DNA from: an uncultured Candidatus Poseidoniales archaeon
GTDB lineage: Archaea > Thermoplasmatota > Poseidoniia > Poseidoniales > Thalassarchaeaceae
Length of the DNA stretch: 21,801 nt
Direction: 5' to 3'
NCBI GenBank assembly: GCA_964598735.1
Contig: CAZRCY010000018.1
Coordinates: forward strand, 1-21,801
Below, piece after piece: positions 7,041-15,100 of this stretch. Both the position numbers and the translations under genes were made by a program. The notes beneath the pieces were generated by a model. That model saw only the letters and a list, made by a program, of their open reading frames with translations, ran no database searches and had not been told where the DNA came from. Position 1 is the first letter of the stretch. Each line of letters opens with the position of its first letter.

Positions 7041-8948
7041 TCATTGATTTTCTAAGCAAACTGGATGAGTACATTCTGGTACTGTGTAATATTGACGACT
7101 CTCGGGGTCGAATATGTCAAGTTGCAAAGTTGACCCAGCATCGTTTACAGTTACGATTGAGGATGCTGAAGAGGGTAAGTAATCTTCTCCAGTACTTACC
7201 AAGGACAGTCGAATAGTATGACCTGCTTGAATTTCAACGTCCATTGGAAAGAACTCCATTAGAGCTGTAATTTCTTCTAATGGTGCGGCCCATGCTTGTT
7301 CATCAGTACCTCCTGCATGATATCTGAGATCCATTATTGCATGACCGATATGGATACAAGTTGTACCATCACAGTCTTCCAGTAAAGCATAGATTTGTCC
7401 ACCTATCGTAACTGTATTCACATTGACATGAAGTCTAGGAAGTCCACCAAAGTACATGTCTTCTACTAAAGGAGGGGTTTCGTAAATAGGGCCAGAATTC
7501 GCATTGGGCAATATTGTATTAGATCCCCCACTTGATGGTAAATCACTACTTCCTAATTCCCAGATTATCTCCGTTGTGTTGGACATAGGATATCTATCTT
7601 CTAACCTCCATGATCCTTGATTTGATTGAATTTCAACACCTAACCACGGTTTCTCTCCTTCATTTCGCAGATAATAGTTGAACCATTCTAACAAGTCCTG
7701 CATCCAGTCCATACGAACCATTTCCGGATATGCTTCAATTCCTCTTCCTACTCCACTTCTATCAAACATAATGTCAGGCCTGTCAGGATAATCGTGATCC
7801 CATTGTCCAAAGAGACCCTTTGCCTCTATTCCTTGATCGTACAGTAGATTGATTGTAGGCACTGCCATGTGAGGATCTACATTCCAGTCATGCATTCCTT
7901 GAATCAAGTAAACACTTCCGTTGTAATTGTCTAGAACTCTATCAAGGAAATACCGTTCAGCCCAATAGTTTCCTGCAGCTTCTCCGCCCCACATGTATGC
8001 TGCAACACCAGTCCCAGGTCCTATGATATAGTCTGGACACATGTTTTGGATATCCTCTTCGTCGCCATCAATTCCATATGATCCATACACTCCATTGTGC
8101 ATGATTGGAGCTCTGGCTTCACTACTTCCATTTTTCCACATCAATTCCATTACTCCAATAAGTCCAGAGATTGGAACAATTGTTGCTAAATGTTCATTGC
8201 CAAACATTGCAGCTTGCCAAGGAGTACTTCCGTCGTATGATTTCCCAATCATTCCAACGTTTCCATTACTCCATTCTTGGGTACCTAACCAACTTACTGC
8301 AGCATCAACACCGAGTTGTTCTGCATTACCCATCAGATCCATACAGTGGTTTGACCGTCCTGTACCCATTACGGATACTTGAGCAAAAGCGAATCCATGA
8401 GGAACAATTTGTTCGATAATCATCTCTCCTAACCAAGTCCCAGGCTCTTCAATTCCCGGTGTATCTACCGATGCTTCATCGAAATAAGGTCCAAATTCAG
8501 CAATTACTGGCACGGTAGTTCCGTTTGGTACATTGGGAATCCATACTGCAAGACTTACCATCCCATTTGGAGCGGCTCCCCCTTCATCAATAGGTAATTC
8601 AAATTCAACAAAGTTGTGAGTACCGCTCCACAGGCTAGCCCCATCTGGTCCTGTTAATGTTCCATTTTGTAATACGAATGAGTGAACATCATCTGTTGTA
8701 AAATCTGTCAGATATCGTTCCCAAATTGGAGGATAACCGTCTGAATTATTTTCGCTTATTTCATTTTCAAGAGGTGTTGTGATGATATGGCTAAGAAGTA
8801 AAGCGACAATTACAACTGCAACGGTTGCTCCCAATGCACGATTCAATTGATTTTTTTCTGCACGTTCTTTATCTAAAATCAATTCATTTTTTGCATCTTC
8901 TACAGCATGACGAAAAATAACTTCTGCCTCCATAACCTCGTTGTCCAT
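7041..8948 (-). CDS. CocE/NonD-family serine hydrolase / Xaa-Pro dipeptidyl-peptidase (MEROPS S15-like), N-terminally membrane-anchored
   Basis: Nucleophile elbow GKSYDGSTPW (GxSYxG), about 600 aa of alpha/beta-hydrolase plus C-terminal beta-sandwich length, and one TM helix (ALGATVAVVIVALLLSHII) after a ~40-aa N-terminal tail. The ORF track starts at GTG 8960. I prefer ATG 8948, which follows AAGGTGGGG at Shine-Dalgarno distance. Confidence 0.8.
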   Translation of the reverse strand: MDNEVMEAEVIFRHAVEDAKNELILDKERAEKNQLNRALGATVAVVIVALLLSHIITTPLENEISENNSDGYPPIWERYLTDFTTDDVHSFVLQNGTLTGPDGASLWSGTHNFVEFELPIDEGGAAPNGMVSLAVWIPNVPNGTTVPVIAEFGPYFDEASVDTPGIEEPGTWLGEMIIEQIVPHGFAFAQVSVMGTGRSNHCMDLMGNAEQLGVDAAVSWLGTQEWSNGNVGMIGKSYDGSTPWQAAMFGNEHLATIVPISGLIGVMELMWKNGSSEARAPIMHNGVYGSYGIDGDEEDIQNMCPDYIIGPGTGVAAYMWGGEAAGNYWAERYFLDRVLDNYNGSVYLIQGMHDWNVDPHMAVPTINLLYDQGIEAKGLFGQWDHDYPDRPDIMFDRSGVGRGIEAYPEMVRMDWMQDLLEWFNYYLRNEGEKPWLGVEIQSNQGSWRLEDRYPMSNTTEIIWELGSSDLPSSGGSNTILPNANSGPIYETPPLVEDMYFGGLPRLHVNVNTVTIGGQIYALLEDCDGTTCIHIGHAIMDLRYHAGGTDEQAWAAPLEEITALMEFFPMDVEIQAGHTIRLSLVSTGEDYLPSSASSIVTVNDAGSTLQLDIFDPESRQYYTVPECTHPVCLENQ

Positions 8949-8999
8949 GCCTTTCCCCACCTTGCCGTGTATATCCCACCCACATCAGACTAACGCTTG

Positions 9000-9503
9000 T
9001 CATGAAAACCATGGATGAGGGTTGGGCCAATCACGAGGAACGGGTAAATTGTTATGTAAATAGTAGTAAATTCCGCCTAAAACGGCATTCAAATAAGCAT
9101 TCAATCTCGGCTTAATCCAAAGATAGAACGGAATGAATGAAATGAAATGTGGCCATTTACTCATTATAGAAGGATAAATTGTGATTGAAAGAGAACTTCT
9201 ATTTTCGGTACTCTCTATATCCCATCTGACAAAGTGTTGAGCACCATTTTCAGGACCTATCCAGAGTTCGTAACCTTTCTGAGAATTCCAAGGTTCGAAA
9301 TTTCTAACAAAAGTTCTTCCATTTGAGTAAACTAGAACATCACTACATGCCTGATCATTCCACTTAATCACTTCATTTGACGAACAATATGGATGAACAT
9401 CTTCGAGATGTCCTGGTCGTGTAATCAAGTCCCATAAGGTCTTGACATCTACATCCATTATTTTTTTTTTAGATACAAATCGTTTTGGAATCTGATTTGG
9501 CAT
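9000..9503 (-). CDS. SRPBCC (START/Bet v1/polyketide-cyclase-like) superfamily ligand-binding protein
   Basis: Layout is a beta-strand then a helix (KIMDVDVKTLWDLITRPGHLEDVHPY), a central beta-rich part, and a long C-terminal helix (RLNAYLNAVLGGIYYYL). This is characteristic of Polyketide_cyc2-type SRPBCC proteins. The gene starts only 9 nt after the GH1 stop. Confidence 0.55.
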   Translation of the reverse strand: MPNQIPKRFVSKKKIMDVDVKTLWDLITRPGHLEDVHPYCSSNEVIKWNDQACSDVLVYSNGRTFVRNFEPWNSQKGYELWIGPENGAQHFVRWDIESTENRSSLSITIYPSIMSKWPHFISFIPFYLWIKPRLNAYLNAVLGGIYYYLHNNLPVPRDWPNPHPWFS

Positions 9504-9512
9504 ATTATCACA

Positions 9513-10862
9513 CTACTTTAACGTGGAATTATGAATTATTGAACGATATAATTCCCCACTCGACCTCAGAGTGCGTTTTTGAGTGTTGAAATCTACCTCA
9601 TGTAAACCAAATCTCATTGAATACCCTTCTGCCCATTCGAAATTATCCATTAATGACCAATGGTGGTATGATCTAATATCGTATCCGTCTTTGATTGCTT
9701 CTGAGACTATCCACAAGTGACGTTTCAAATGCTCCGGACGAAGAGAATCGTGTGCATCTGCCACTCCATTCTCAGTAATTTCGATAGGTACATTCAGCGG
9801 AGCAACAAATTCGATAGCTCGACGAAATCCTTCGGCGTACATTGGATAGCCAAACTCGGTTGCAAGTTCTTGCGATCTTTTTGCGAATTCTAACTCCTCA
9901 GTAGATGTAGGCATGAACAGGCCAGTCAAGAAATGAGTGTAATAGTTTAATCCAACGAAATCAATTGAGTCCTTTGCTTCTGGAATTTTTGAGAAAAGCA
10001 TTTTTCCCGTCATAATTCCCTTGCGCCATGCTCCATTCCACAACCAGTCCAACAGCCTTGAAACTGGCCAATCGATTGGACTCCAACGATTTAGAGGGTC
10101 GAATAAAGTTACATTTTTTGCAATTCCAATATGTACATCGGGTCTTTTTGACTTTAGCGAGCGATAGACCATTGCATGCCCCCTCATTAGGTTGCGCATT
10201 ACCTTCAAGGTAAGTCTAATCGATCTTTTTCCTGGAGGAAATTGCCCGAGAGTGTATCCCATTGTAGAAAATACCGTTGGCTCATTTATGGTACACCAAA
10301 CGTCAACTCTATCAGATAGCGCATCGAAGACGCGAACACAATAGTTTTGAAAATCCTTGAGATTTTCCGTTTCTGCAAAGCCGCCTTTTTCTTCCCACCA
10401 GACAGGGTGTGAGAAGTGATGTAGGGTCACTATTGGTCTGATTCCCCGTGAAATCAGATCGTCGATCATGTGTGAATACACATCGAGCGCGTCGTTATTC
10501 CAGGACCCTTGTTCTGGTTCTAGTCGACTCCACTCAATTGAAAATCGGTATGATGTGAGACCAAGGTCACTCAGCATTTGAAAATCTTGTTTCCAAAGAT
10601 TCCAGTGATTACAGGCATCTCCACTTCTCTCCAAGTTCTTCTTCTCTTCGTAGACTGTCCAGTTGTTTGTTAGATTTCCTTCTACCTGATGAGCGGCAGT
10701 AGCGACTCCCCAGAGGAAATTTTCTGGAAATGAAATCTCTTCTAAATCGATATTTTCCCAGTCAAAATGTGGCTCAGGGTATTTTCGGCGACGGTACATA
10801 ATGAGGGTAAGTTTGAATGCTGCAAACCCACTAATTGCCGAAATCAGCAAATACGCCCACAT
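9513..10862 (-). CDS. Glycoside hydrolase family 1 (beta-glucosidase/galactosidase type) with an N-terminal transmembrane anchor
   Basis: GH1 signatures are present: FLWGVATAAHQVEGN, acid/base TINEP and nucleophile ITENG. Unusually, the first 22 residues (MWAYLLISAISGFAAFKLTLIMY) form a hydrophobic helix followed by RRRK. Confidence 0.9.
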   Translation of the reverse strand: MWAYLLISAISGFAAFKLTLIMYRRRKYPEPHFDWENIDLEEISFPENFLWGVATAAHQVEGNLTNNWTVYEEKKNLERSGDACNHWNLWKQDFQMLSDLGLTSYRFSIEWSRLEPEQGSWNNDALDVYSHMIDDLISRGIRPIVTLHHFSHPVWWEEKGGFAETENLKDFQNYCVRVFDALSDRVDVWCTINEPTVFSTMGYTLGQFPPGKRSIRLTLKVMRNLMRGHAMVYRSLKSKRPDVHIGIAKNVTLFDPLNRWSPIDWPVSRLLDWLWNGAWRKGIMTGKMLFSKIPEAKDSIDFVGLNYYTHFLTGLFMPTSTEELEFAKRSQELATEFGYPMYAEGFRRAIEFVAPLNVPIEITENGVADAHDSLRPEHLKRHLWIVSEAIKDGYDIRSYHHWSLMDNFEWAEGYSMRFGLHEVDFNTQKRTLRSSGELYRSIIHNSTLK

Positions 10863-10947
10863 AACATTAACCAGCGAATCTTCCGTATTGGAGGTTCGTT
10901 TTTTGCCCTTCTTGTTTGTGGGAGATCATCGAAGGTAAAAAACGCCG

Positions 10948-10955
10948 AATTATAT
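10948..10955 (+). promoter_or_regulatory. TATA-like box (AATTATAT) about 27 nt upstream of the alternative crtI start ATG 10978
   Basis: If translation starts at ATG 10978 (MPRVEKPTALIVGAGPGG), this AT-rich octamer sits at the canonical archaeal TATA distance for a leaderless mRNA. It overlaps the ORF-track start at 10954. Confidence 0.3.
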
Positions 10956-12576
10956 GCTATCATTGCAACCAGATGCTATGCCTCGGGTGGAAAAGCCAAC
11001 TGCATTGATTGTCGGAGCAGGTCCAGGTGGACTTGCGAGTGCCCTATTGTTACAACACTCTGGAGTAGATGTAACCTTAGTAGAAAAAGCGGATGCTGTT
11101 GGAGGAAGAACTAGAATTATTGAAAAAGATGGATATAAGTTTGATAGAGGTCCAACCTTTTTTCACTATCCAGAGGTAATTGAAGAAATATTCCAAGCTA
11201 TTGGCAAAGATGCCCACGAAGAATTAGGATTGATGCCGCTCGATCCATCCTACCGTCTAGTGTACGGGGCCGGTGGCTCGATTGATGCTACAAGTGACTT
11301 AGATTTGATGACCGAAAGAATCCGTGATTTGGCCGGTGATTCCAATGCTGATGGTTTCAAGAAATATGTCATTGAAAACAGAAGAAAACTTGATGTTTCA
11401 AAGGCATGTTTGCAAACACCTTGGACAGGAATATCAAACCTATTCACCAAAAGAGCATTACGCGTCTCTAGAATTTTGAAACCATGGTCTAGCGTGGCAG
11501 GAGATCTTTCAAGATTGTTTGACGATGAGAGAGTCCGGCTTGCCATGTCTTTCCAAACGAAATATCTTGGAATGTCACCTTTCCATGCCCCTTCTCTATT
11601 CACCATTCTCGCGTTCCTAGAATATGAGCATGGCATTTTTCACGCCAAAGGTGGCCTTGGTTCAATCAGCACCAAAATGGCAGAAATCGCTGAAGAGATG
11701 GGTGTGAACATCCGTCTAAATTCCACCGTCGATGAACTAGTTTTCAAGGGAAAGAAAGTAACTGGTGTACGTATTGGCGATGAAATAATTACAGCAGACA
11801 AAGTAGTCTTAAATGCCGATTTCGCTCATGCAATGTCTACGATGATTCCCGACAAGAAACGTAAGAAATGGACTGACAAAAAGCTATCAAAGAAAGCATA
11901 TTCATGCTCAACATACATGCTATATCTTGGAATCGACAAATTATACGATTTACCACATCACCAAATATATGCTTCAAAGGACTACGAGAATAACCTGAAA
12001 GAAATCACCCATCATCAAGTATCATGGGACGACCCGTCAGTATATGTTCAAAATGCATGCATTAGCGATCCATCACTTGCACCAGACGGGCACTCTACGA
12101 TTTATGTGCTGGTTCCGGTACCAAATACAGATGAATCAATAGTATGGGACGACATCAAATCAGAATACCGTGAGCTGATTCTCAATCAACTAGGAAAATT
12201 AGGATACGATGACATTCGAGATCACATTGTTTCAGAGACAATCATGACTCCAGACGACTGGGGTGCGTCAGATATCTATCGCGGGGCAGTTTTCAACTTA
12301 GCACATAGCCTTGACCAAATGCTCTGGCGTCGCCCTCAGAATCGATTTGAAGAGTTTGAAAATGTTTACCTTGTGGGGGGAGGAACTCATCCTGGTAGTG
12401 GTTTACCAACCATTTTTGAAAGTGCTAGGATAAGTAGTAAATTGGTATTAGCTGACCTTGGAATAAAAGCAGATTGGAATGGAGTAAGCACTTGGTTCCC
12501 CGATCAAAGACACCCTCTTGACAAAGGTCGGACTACCATTCGTCGCTCCCCAGAAGGAGTTTCTGCATCTCGGTGA
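10954..12576 (+). CDS. crtI: CrtI-family phytoene desaturase / carotenoid desaturase (FAD-dependent)
   Basis: Colinear with bacterial CrtI as I recall it (Pantoea CrtI). It has the dinucleotide fold VGAGPGGLASALLL...VEK...GGR, and further matches at FHA.GG.G, SDPSLAPDGHSTIYVLVPVP and the C-terminal hallmark LVGGGTHPGSGLPTIFESA. The exact substrate and number of desaturation steps cannot be told. The alternative start is 10978. Confidence 0.85.
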   Translation: MLSLQPDAMPRVEKPTALIVGAGPGGLASALLLQHSGVDVTLVEKADAVGGRTRIIEKDGYKFDRGPTFFHYPEVIEEIFQAIGKDAHEELGLMPLDPSYRLVYGAGGSIDATSDLDLMTERIRDLAGDSNADGFKKYVIENRRKLDVSKACLQTPWTGISNLFTKRALRVSRILKPWSSVAGDLSRLFDDERVRLAMSFQTKYLGMSPFHAPSLFTILAFLEYEHGIFHAKGGLGSISTKMAEIAEEMGVNIRLNSTVDELVFKGKKVTGVRIGDEIITADKVVLNADFAHAMSTMIPDKKRKKWTDKKLSKKAYSCSTYMLYLGIDKLYDLPHHQIYASKDYENNLKEITHHQVSWDDPSVYVQNACISDPSLAPDGHSTIYVLVPVPNTDESIVWDDIKSEYRELILNQLGKLGYDDIRDHIVSETIMTPDDWGASDIYRGAVFNLAHSLDQMLWRRPQNRFEEFENVYLVGGGTHPGSGLPTIFESARISSKLVLADLGIKADWNGVSTWFPDQRHPLDKGRTTIRRSPEGVSASR

Positions 12577-12580
12577 AGTC

Positions 12581-13192
12581 ATGAAAATTCATTGGTGGAT
12601 TTTTGTCATATTCCTAACCCCTACTTCGGGTTGCCTAGGGTGGAGTGAAACAATGGAAGCTTCTCCTGATGTGCAAGAAGAACCTCTCCGGATTGTGTTT
12701 GAAAGTCCAACACTAGATCGTTCGGAAGATCTAGGAGATAAGATAAGTTTGGAAAATCAGTTACAAACATCTCCGGTGTTACTAATGTGGGTTAGCCCGC
12801 ACTGCGGAGGATGTCATAACTGGACTAGAAATATCATCGATGAGGGTCATTATGACCGCTGGGATGATAGTAGTGATTTGCAATTACTTACAATTCACCG
12901 ATACATCGATTTTGAAGATTCTGAATCAATGATGGAGGTATATGGAAATCAAAGTAGTTCAGAGTACACCCCTTGGCCAATTCTTGTTCCTGATACCAAC
13001 TCTAAAGCAATTGATTTAGATTCAGGTATGATACTCAGTGAATCCATTTCTGAGGCATTTGATAACCCACCAACACCATCTTTGTTTTTAATTGATCAAC
13101 AAGCTGAAATTGTTTGGAAAGCCGAATCATATTATTATGATGAATTAGAAATTCAAGAAATTAATGAAATTATTGAGGAATTAGGTGATTAG
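12581..13192 (+). CDS. Thioredoxin-fold (TlpA/ResA-like) thiol:disulfide oxidoreductase, predicted exported lipoprotein
   Basis: Signal and lipobox-like N-terminus MKIHWWIFVIFLTPTSGC. The CxxC active site sits in the typical context VLLMWVSPHCGGCHNW. A late PSLFLID..AEIVW strand is typical of TlpA-like proteins. GGTGA lies 5 nt upstream of ATG 12581 and the crtI stop is 4 nt before it. The ORF-track start at 12518 would overlap crtI by 59 nt. Confidence 0.7.
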   Translation: MKIHWWIFVIFLTPTSGCLGWSETMEASPDVQEEPLRIVFESPTLDRSEDLGDKISLENQLQTSPVLLMWVSPHCGGCHNWTRNIIDEGHYDRWDDSSDLQLLTIHRYIDFEDSESMMEVYGNQSSSEYTPWPILVPDTNSKAIDLDSGMILSESISEAFDNPPTPSLFLIDQQAEIVWKAESYYYDELEIQEINEIIEELGD

Positions 13193-13618
13193 ATGGAACC
13201 TTTGAATATAGCTTTGTTTATGTTTTCGACTATTTGGGTTGGTCCTTTTTGGATGTTGATGTTGGTAGAACCATTTTCGGATAGAACAAACAAGTGGCTT
13301 GAAGGTAACCTACTTTTCGTGGGACCTCTAGGAGTATGGTTGCTTGCTACAGTCATGAATCCGAGCGGTCTTATTGATTTATTTATCGGGAACCCTGCTG
13401 AATTTTTTGACACAATGGTGGCGTTGTTAGGAACAGAGACAGGGACAGTACTTGCGTGGGCTCATTTCGTCGCAGGTGACATCATGGCCACAAGATGGAT
13501 GTGGAGAAAGGCTGTGGAGAATGAGATTGGAATTAACCGTCTCAGAATAATTGTCTTCTTTGGTGTAATGTTGATGCCAGTGGGTTTACTGCTCCATGTT
13601 CTACTGAATAGAAAATAA
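13193..13618 (+). CDS. ABA4-like (DUF4281) family membrane protein
   Basis: Four-TM protein. FSTIWVGPFWMLMLVEP and AWAHFVAGDIMATRWMW...ENEI...FFGVMLMPVGLLLH align with my recollection of plant ABA4 (LPFYTLMVVAP ; AWIHLLVVDLFAARQVY..GLENQI...LLFCPVGI.SH). The ATG abuts the preceding TAG with a 0-nt gap, and AGGTGA lies 4 nt upstream of it. Confidence 0.7.
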   Translation: MEPLNIALFMFSTIWVGPFWMLMLVEPFSDRTNKWLEGNLLFVGPLGVWLLATVMNPSGLIDLFIGNPAEFFDTMVALLGTETGTVLAWAHFVAGDIMATRWMWRKAVENEIGINRLRIIVFFGVMLMPVGLLLHVLLNRK

Positions 13619-13660
13619 GAATTCTCTTAAGTACACCTTCGTTCCATCGATAAGGTTCCA

Positions 13661-14713
13661 ATGCGTATAGATCACGATTTGAAACTTACATTTGATGACG
13701 TACTTATCAGACCTAAACGTAGTACCTTAGTATCTAGATCTGATGTTACTTTGAGTCGTGAATTCACATTTAGACATTCAAATAAAACTTGGACAGGAAT
13801 CCCAATTGTTGCAGCAAATATGGATACTACTGGCGTATTTGAGGTAGCCAAAGTACTCCAAAAACATAGCATGTTAACATGTCTTCAGAAGTTCTATTCA
13901 ACCAAGCAATGCTCAGAGGCTTGGAATAATAATGTCGATCCAAATTTTGTAGCAATTACATGTGGATCTACTGAGAATAGTCTAGAATTACTCAAGAAGA
14001 AAATGTCTACAAGTAAGGAAATTTCTATGATCTGTGTTGATGTTGCTAATGGTTACAGAGAAGTATTTTTGGATTACATCAAAGAAGTCAGAATTAATTT
14101 CCCGGATTCTATTGTCATAGCTGGAAATGTAGCCACTAGAGAAATGACTGAGGCATTAATCCTAGCCGGTGCTGACATCGTAAAGGTTGGAATTGGCCCA
14201 GGATCGGTATGTACTACTAGAAAAGTAGCTGGAGTAGGTTATCCGCAATTGTCTGCAATTTCTGAATGTGCAGATGCTGCCCACGGACTAGGAGGTCATG
14301 TCATGGCTGATGGCGGATGCTCTTCTCCAGGTGATGTTGCCAAGGCGTTTTCTGCAGGTGCTGACTTTGTAATGCTTGGAGGAATGTTTGCAGGTCACGA
14401 TGAATCAGAAGGAGAATTGGTAAAAGGAGAAAATGGAAAGCTGTACAAGTCATTCTATGGCATGTCATCTGCAAAAGCAATGCAAGAGTATTATGGAGAG
14501 ATTGCAAAACATCGAGCACCTGAAGGTAAGGAAGTTAGAGTACCCTACCGAGGAGGGTTAGAAGAAACTGTACAGGCAATATTAGGAGGAGTGAGATCAG
14601 CTTGCTCATATGTTGGAGCCAGACGAATCAAGGATTTACCAAAGTGCACAACTTTCATTCGGGTTACTCGTACCACAAACGAAGTATATCAACGGTTCAA
14701 TGTTGAAGAATAG
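13661..14713 (+). CDS. guaC: GMP reductase (bacterial GuaC type, IMPDH/GMPR family)
   Basis: Closely colinear over its full length with E. coli GuaC as I recall it: MRI..DLKL.F.DVLIRPKRSTL.SRSDV, IAANMDT.G.F, CVDVANGY, GADIVKVGIGPGSVCTTR...GVGYPQLSA..ECADAAHGLGG....DGGC..PGDVAKAF..GADFVMLGGM.AGH.ES and TTFIRV. Confidence 0.92.
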   Translation: MRIDHDLKLTFDDVLIRPKRSTLVSRSDVTLSREFTFRHSNKTWTGIPIVAANMDTTGVFEVAKVLQKHSMLTCLQKFYSTKQCSEAWNNNVDPNFVAITCGSTENSLELLKKKMSTSKEISMICVDVANGYREVFLDYIKEVRINFPDSIVIAGNVATREMTEALILAGADIVKVGIGPGSVCTTRKVAGVGYPQLSAISECADAAHGLGGHVMADGGCSSPGDVAKAFSAGADFVMLGGMFAGHDESEGELVKGENGKLYKSFYGMSSAKAMQEYYGEIAKHRAPEGKEVRVPYRGGLEETVQAILGGVRSACSYVGARRIKDLPKCTTFIRVTRTTNEVYQRFNVEE

Positions 14714-14728
14714 ATATGGATGAATAAT

Positions 14729-15100
14729 TTACAGTAGAGACAATTCTCCAACCAAAATATCCACAGATCTTCTTGGTCCTAGAATACCCACTACAGTGAG
14801 TGTCCCCGGAGGTATTTCAGTATGTCCGGCATCCTTCACTAAATAGGTAACAAGTCCAGCATCCGTTGCTTCTTCATAGAGGCGTTTTAATGAATCTTCA
14901 TCAGGTGTTTTAAGCGCTATTTTTCTTGCTCCCTCACTTCTCCATCTGGCCAATAAATCAGCTTCATTTCGTTTGGCTTTTAGTGCAACTTCAACTGCAG
15001 CATGGCCAGTTTGTGCAACTATTTTTCCTGAACTCAATTTCAAGTCAGAACGAACAACTAGGACCATTGTGGATGTTGAATCATTCAACTCGAGATTCAT
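14729..15100 (-). CDS. pth2: Peptidyl-tRNA hydrolase, archaeal/eukaryotic Pth2 type
   Basis: VLVVRSDLKLSSGKIVAQTGHAAV...DAGHTEIPPGTLTVVGILGP is the Pth2 signature. The ORF-track start at 15217 would run 137 nt into the upstream gene in another frame. Likely starts are ATG 15100 (20-nt overlap with the upstream stop) or ATG 15067 (13-nt gap, 112 aa). Confidence 0.85.
   Translation of the reverse strand: MNLELNDSTSTMVLVVRSDLKLSSGKIVAQTGHAAVEVALKAKRNEADLLARWRSEGARKIALKTPDEDSLKRLYEEATDAGLVTYLVKDAGHTEIPPGTLTVVGILGPRRSVDILVGELSLL

Noticed and set aside
10767-11114. 115-aa plus-strand ORF spanning the GH1 start, the divergent spacer and the crtI 5' end
   Set aside because: It is out of frame with crtI, antisense to GH1, and has a Cys/Arg-rich, non-protein-like composition.
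12518-12580. Upstream extension of the thioredoxin-fold gene (ORF-track start at 12518)
   Set aside because: It would overlap crtI by 59 nt and place 21 non-hydrophobic residues ahead of an otherwise classic signal peptide and lipobox. ATG 12581 has a GGTGA site at the correct spacing.
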